Positions 60,248-64,000 of a stretch of DNA of 64,000 nt are shown here, in pieces. Below the pieces are notes generated by a model, which searched no databases, was not told where the DNA came from, and was given only the letters and a program-made list of their open reading frames with translations. A program made the position numbers and the translations under genes. Source of the DNA: an uncultured bacterium (lineage in GTDB: Bacteria; Babelota; Babeliae; Babelales; RVW-14); assembly GCA_963759805.1 (NCBI GenBank), contig CAVXAT010000011.1, forward strand, positions 1-64,000, read 5' to 3'. Each line of letters begins with the position of its first letter. The first letter of the stretch is position 1.

Positions 60248-61312
60248 TTACTCAAACAACATTGTTAAAACCAGTTGTTCGAATTTTTCCGGATTAGAAA
60301 TCAACTCATCTTGATAAACAATTTTAAACAGCTCCGGATGTTCGTCCGCCATTGCCTGAGCATTTTCAACCTGGTGTCCCGTTGACGCTGCAACAAGCGG
60401 CACAACGATTGAACGTTTTCGAAAAAACTCAAGTTCAAAAAGGGTTCCCGCACCTGCACGAGAAATTACCAAATCAGCGAGAAGATAAAAATTTTGAATA
60501 TTCTCATCATAGGAAAAAAGCACGGCAGGCTCAGACATCTCTTTATAAAAAGTTCGCCAATCAAATGAGATATCATTACCAATTTGATGAATAACCTGAA
60601 TTTTGTCATGAATGTTTTTATTATGCTCCAAGAATGTTCTTAAAGCCTGATTCAACAGTCTTGAACCCTGAGATCCACCAAGTAAAAAAATGGTTTTTCG
60701 TTGCAAAGAAAAAGGCTTATCTGTTTTTTCATTTATCTGGTCGACTATCTCATTTTTACTTGCATTAAAAACATCCTGCCTAAAACGTATGGGATAATGT
60801 ATCAGCTCACATTTTTTGGCAAAATTTAAACCTGCAAACTTACATAATGAAATTGTATTTTTAAACGCGACAAAAATTTTACTTGCGATAGGCATCAGTA
60901 CTTTTACAGCCTTACCCGGATCAAGATTAAGTTCGTAAATTTCAATGGGCACAAGTGCAAGCTTACAACCCAAACACACCGGTATTGAAATCAGTCCACC
61001 GGTGCTGATTATTTTTTCCGGTCTATCTTTTACTGCTCTGAAAAAACTTTTAAAAAAAGCCCACAAAACTTGTACTATTAAAATGGGTAAAAGCAAAATT
61101 CTTTTGATGCTAAACTTACCTATTCCTAAACTGATAACCTCTGACAAAAAATCAGTCTTTGCAACAATCTTATGATCCAAAGCCCCTGATGCACCCCAAA
61201 AAATAACTTTCCCCTGTGGATTTGCGTCCAACCAACGTTTTGCAAAAGTTAATGCCGGCAAAATATGCCCACCCGACCCGGCCGCTACGACATAAAGTGT
61301 TTTATAACTCAT
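60248..61312 (-). CDS. murG: MurG glycosyltransferase
   Basis: GSGGHI.P, TGG..S.P, GGSQG, SRAGAGT, HQ..NA; start MSYK preferred. Confidence 0.93.
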   Translation of the reverse strand: MSYKTLYVVAAGSGGHILPALTFAKRWLDANPQGKVIFWGASGALDHKIVAKTDFLSEVISLGIGKFSIKRILLLPILIVQVLWAFFKSFFRAVKDRPEKIISTGGLISIPVCLGCKLALVPIEIYELNLDPGKAVKVLMPIASKIFVAFKNTISLCKFAGLNFAKKCELIHYPIRFRQDVFNASKNEIVDQINEKTDKPFSLQRKTIFLLGGSQGSRLLNQALRTFLEHNKNIHDKIQVIHQIGNDISFDWRTFYKEMSEPAVLFSYDENIQNFYLLADLVISRAGAGTLFELEFFRKRSIVVPLVAASTGHQVENAQAMADEHPELFKIVYQDELISNPEKFEQLVLTMLFE

Positions 61313-61334
61313 CTTAAAATCCCCCACACCTTTA

Positions 61335-63165
61335 TTATTTAATATCGCTTTTTACTTGCGCAATATGTTCTATAATCACGGCATCCCCCGGAGAAATTGT
61401 TAAGGCTTTTTCAAATAACTCAAGAGCCTGTTCTTTTTTGCCCATTTTTGAAAGTACCAAACCCTTTGTATCAAGATAAAAAGGAGAGTTGGCATCGTCC
61501 AGCAACGCCTTATTAACATAATCAAGCGCCTCGGGTAGATTTTGCCCCTGCTTTGCATAAGCGTATGCAAGTAAATTATAAGAGGCAGGATAAACAACAG
61601 GATGTTTTATTGACTGCAGAAGAATATTTTCCATATTTTTAGTTTGATTAGTTAAGAAATAGATATAGGCAACCTGATACAAAACCTTTGATTTTAAATC
61701 AAAATCCGGTACCGAATCAAAAATCTTTTTATATAAAGCAATGCTGGTTTTGTAATTCTTCTGTTCGACACAAATATCTGCCAATGCGGCCCAAACTCCA
61801 ACAGTGGCTCTGTTGGCCTTTAAAACATCTTCCAACAAACTTGCTATGGCAGATTTAGAAAAACCGGCCTGACTCAGCAACAAAATAGTATGTATGACAG
61901 AATTATCATATGGTTCGCGTTTTAACCAATCACCCATAAACGTCAAAATTTGATTATGATTCTTCATCGCAAGCAGTATCTCAACTTTTAACAGCTTGCC
62001 ACGAATAAAATTTGGAGCCTTTTGAATACAGGTATTTATATGCTGCAATGCCTTTTTGTAATTTCCGGAATTAAATTCGATCATTGCCATATCAAAGAAA
62101 TACTCCGGGGTGTCTCCTTTAAGTTTTTTAAGATACTTTAGAGCTTCAGGCATTCGATTTTGCGAAAACATAAGCTGAATTAACTGTTTCTCAATCATCT
62201 CATCACGCCCAACAAGAGTCAAGAAATGTTGATATCCCTTAATTGCTTCATTAATATTTCCAAGTTGCTCAAGAAGCATCGCTTTTAAAAGCAGCGCTTT
62301 ATCAAATTTAGGAAACATCTCAAGACTCTTCTCAATGTCACGCATAGCCAAATCGTTTTTACTCATGTGCATATGAACTTTTGAACGTAAAAAATAAAAC
62401 AGGAAGGCTCTTGGCTTGAACATCGGCTTTTCCAAACACTCATTAAGATATGCCAAGCTTTTTTCAAGCTGATTATTTTTTATAAGAGACACGGCAAAGT
62501 AGTATGCCACCTGCTCATTATCCGGAAAGTCTTTTGCCAAATTTAAAAAGATTTTCTCAGCTTTTTCATCCTGGTTAGCCATTAAAAATGCCTGCGCTAC
62601 CAAAAGATTAAATTCCAGATTTTTTTCGAAGAATTTTTTGAATTTGTCTTCGCTTTTTTGATAAATTTCAACAACCTTCAAAATTTGTCCGATATCAAAT
62701 AAAAATCTAAAGTATCCATCATAAACAAAGATCGGCGGATTCTTTGCAAAAAGTTTTTTATAAATCTGCATTGCCTGCTTGGCATCACCCTTGGAATGAA
62801 AATAATTTGCTTGAGATGTAAAGATTATAAGTGGCTTCATCTGATTTTGAATTATTACCATCTAAATCTGCAGGCTGGTCATCTACAAAGGCAATTTTGC
62901 AACCACTGTCATCTTCTAGCTGAGTAGCTTTTGGTTTAGCAGATCTCTTCTGGCACTCGCATCCTTCGACAGGCTCCAGCCGTCGCTCTTGGAGAGCTAT
63001 GGCCGGCACGGCAGGACGAGCGCCTTTAAGTAGGCGCGCTCGTGGTGAGCTTGTCGAACCATCACCCATAGGTGACGCGCCAGAGTTCATCTGATCGGGC
63101 AAGACCACTCCAAAAACTGTGCTTAAACAACTCAGAATAATCAACTTCCTAAACAAATTCTTCAT
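61335..63165 (-). CDS. Exported TPR protein, apparently one gene with a frameshift near 62815 (ORFs 62785-63165 and 61335-62861)
   Basis: Signal peptide in the upstream ORF; removing one base gives ...TYNLYIQANYFHSKGD...; multiple TPRs with a YLDT.G C-terminal motif. Confidence 0.75.
62958..63061. repeat. Composite family A(B)+A element in frame in the TPR gene N-terminus
   Basis: CCTTCGACAGGCTC[36 bp, 62977-63012]AGGACGAGCG...CGCTCGTGGTGAGCTTGTCGAACC. Confidence 0.88.
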
Positions 63166-63617
63166 CTCTTTTCTCCCCTCATTTTTTTACAACGTACCCC
63201 AAATTCGTACATGACATCGCGCAGATCAGTATCTGTAACTTTATCTAACACAATTTGTTCTGTTTTTGAAAGCTTTTTGCAAATAGGGTCTATTACATGA
63301 TCTTGAATTCGATTGTTTCGATGTTTATTTTTTTTCTTAAAACTGGAATCTATCACCTTAAATCTGATTGCCTTAATCCTAGGCTTGTCCAGGCAGGCAT
63401 TTATCTTTGTTTTAAGCATGGGAGAAAGCATGTGCAACTCCTGCGCCCAAACGGGATGAATGACGCCAAGATACAAAACATCGTCTTTGATCTGATCGAT
63501 GATTACCTTGTCCTTCAGGTTTCCAATAATATTTTCCCAATTCTGAAAAAGAACAATCTTCCAGCTATGTTCTTTGGGAATCATATTTATAAGAAAATCG
63601 CTTAAACGCTTAGTCAC
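63162..63617 (-). CDS. dciA: DUF721/DciA-like protein
   Basis: W..I.G...L.......WAQEL......IN.....I..IRF pattern. Confidence 0.65.
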   Translation of the reverse strand: MTKRLSDFLINMIPKEHSWKIVLFQNWENIIGNLKDKVIIDQIKDDVLYLGVIHPVWAQELHMLSPMLKTKINACLDKPRIKAIRFKVIDSSFKKKNKHRNNRIQDHVIDPICKKLSKTEQIVLDKVTDTDLRDVMYEFGVRCKKMRGEKR

Positions 63618-63830
63618 TCAACATCCCGTGTCTTTTTAGTTATAATCTGGGGTTAGAAAAATATCGTAAATAATCGAAGAGTATTTATATTATCAAAATT
63701 AAAGAGTTATACCCAAAAAAATAAAAAGTTTTCTGCGATACAGCAAGATGCAGTATAGTTTAAATTTGAAAACGGCGGTAAAATACATGAACAATTATTT
63801 ATAAAACAAAGACAATTAACGGATATTTTA

Positions 63831-64000
63831 ATGGACATATTTCAGTATCAAAAACAACAAAATTTGAATTCTGGGAAATCGAACTCCCAAACCCCAAACA
63901 CGGGCGCTTCAGAGTTCAGAAAAAGTCCCATTCCACTAGCTGCTCGCATGCGTCCAAAAACGCTTGCCACATACATCGGGCAAGAGCATATTTTGGGGCA
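63831..64000 (+). CDS. rarA: Replication-associated recombination protein A, 5' part (runs off the window)
   Basis: Manual translation MDIF...PLAARMRPKTLATYIGQEHILG. Confidence 0.85.
   Translation, partial: MDIFQYQKQQNLNSGKSNSQTPNTGASEFRKSPIPLAARMRPKTLATYIGQEHILG

Overview
AT-rich bacterial chromosome segment with the gene content of an obligate intracellular parasite of protists. It encodes an ATP/ADP translocase, ankyrin, WD40 and TPR proteins, a Chlamydia-type TGT plus YhhQ, an archaeal/eukaryal-type ATP-dependent ligase and many signal-peptide orphans. This fits Candidatus Dependentiae/Babelota (TM6), which is an inference. Housekeeping genes include tgt, pgsA, lpxB, murD, hldE, sod, plsY, secD, htpX, hspR, lepA, argS, rlmN, mvaK2, mvaD, cdsA, truA, rpoD, dnaG, lgt, murG, dciA and a partial rarA, plus tRNA-Met(CAT) and tRNA-Leu(GAG). 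Two IS elements are present: an IS3-family copy with two orfA genes, and an IS982 copy with a 6-bp target duplication. Four signals stand out. (1) At least three families of short GC-rich hairpin elements sit in frame inside yhhQ, murD, rlmN, mvaK2, truA and a TPR gene, and nest inside one another at reproducible positions. (2) Accessory genes are bracketed by a diverged, still-translatable ~60-bp copy of the 3' end of the upstream gene (murD and fic). (3) A secreted protein combines a candidate EndoU-like nuclease domain with CDK/NLS-like motifs. (4) An island of secreted proteins shares an identical N-terminal module, and several secreted proteins have Met right after the signal peptide. A few isolated single-base frameshifts may be assembly errors.
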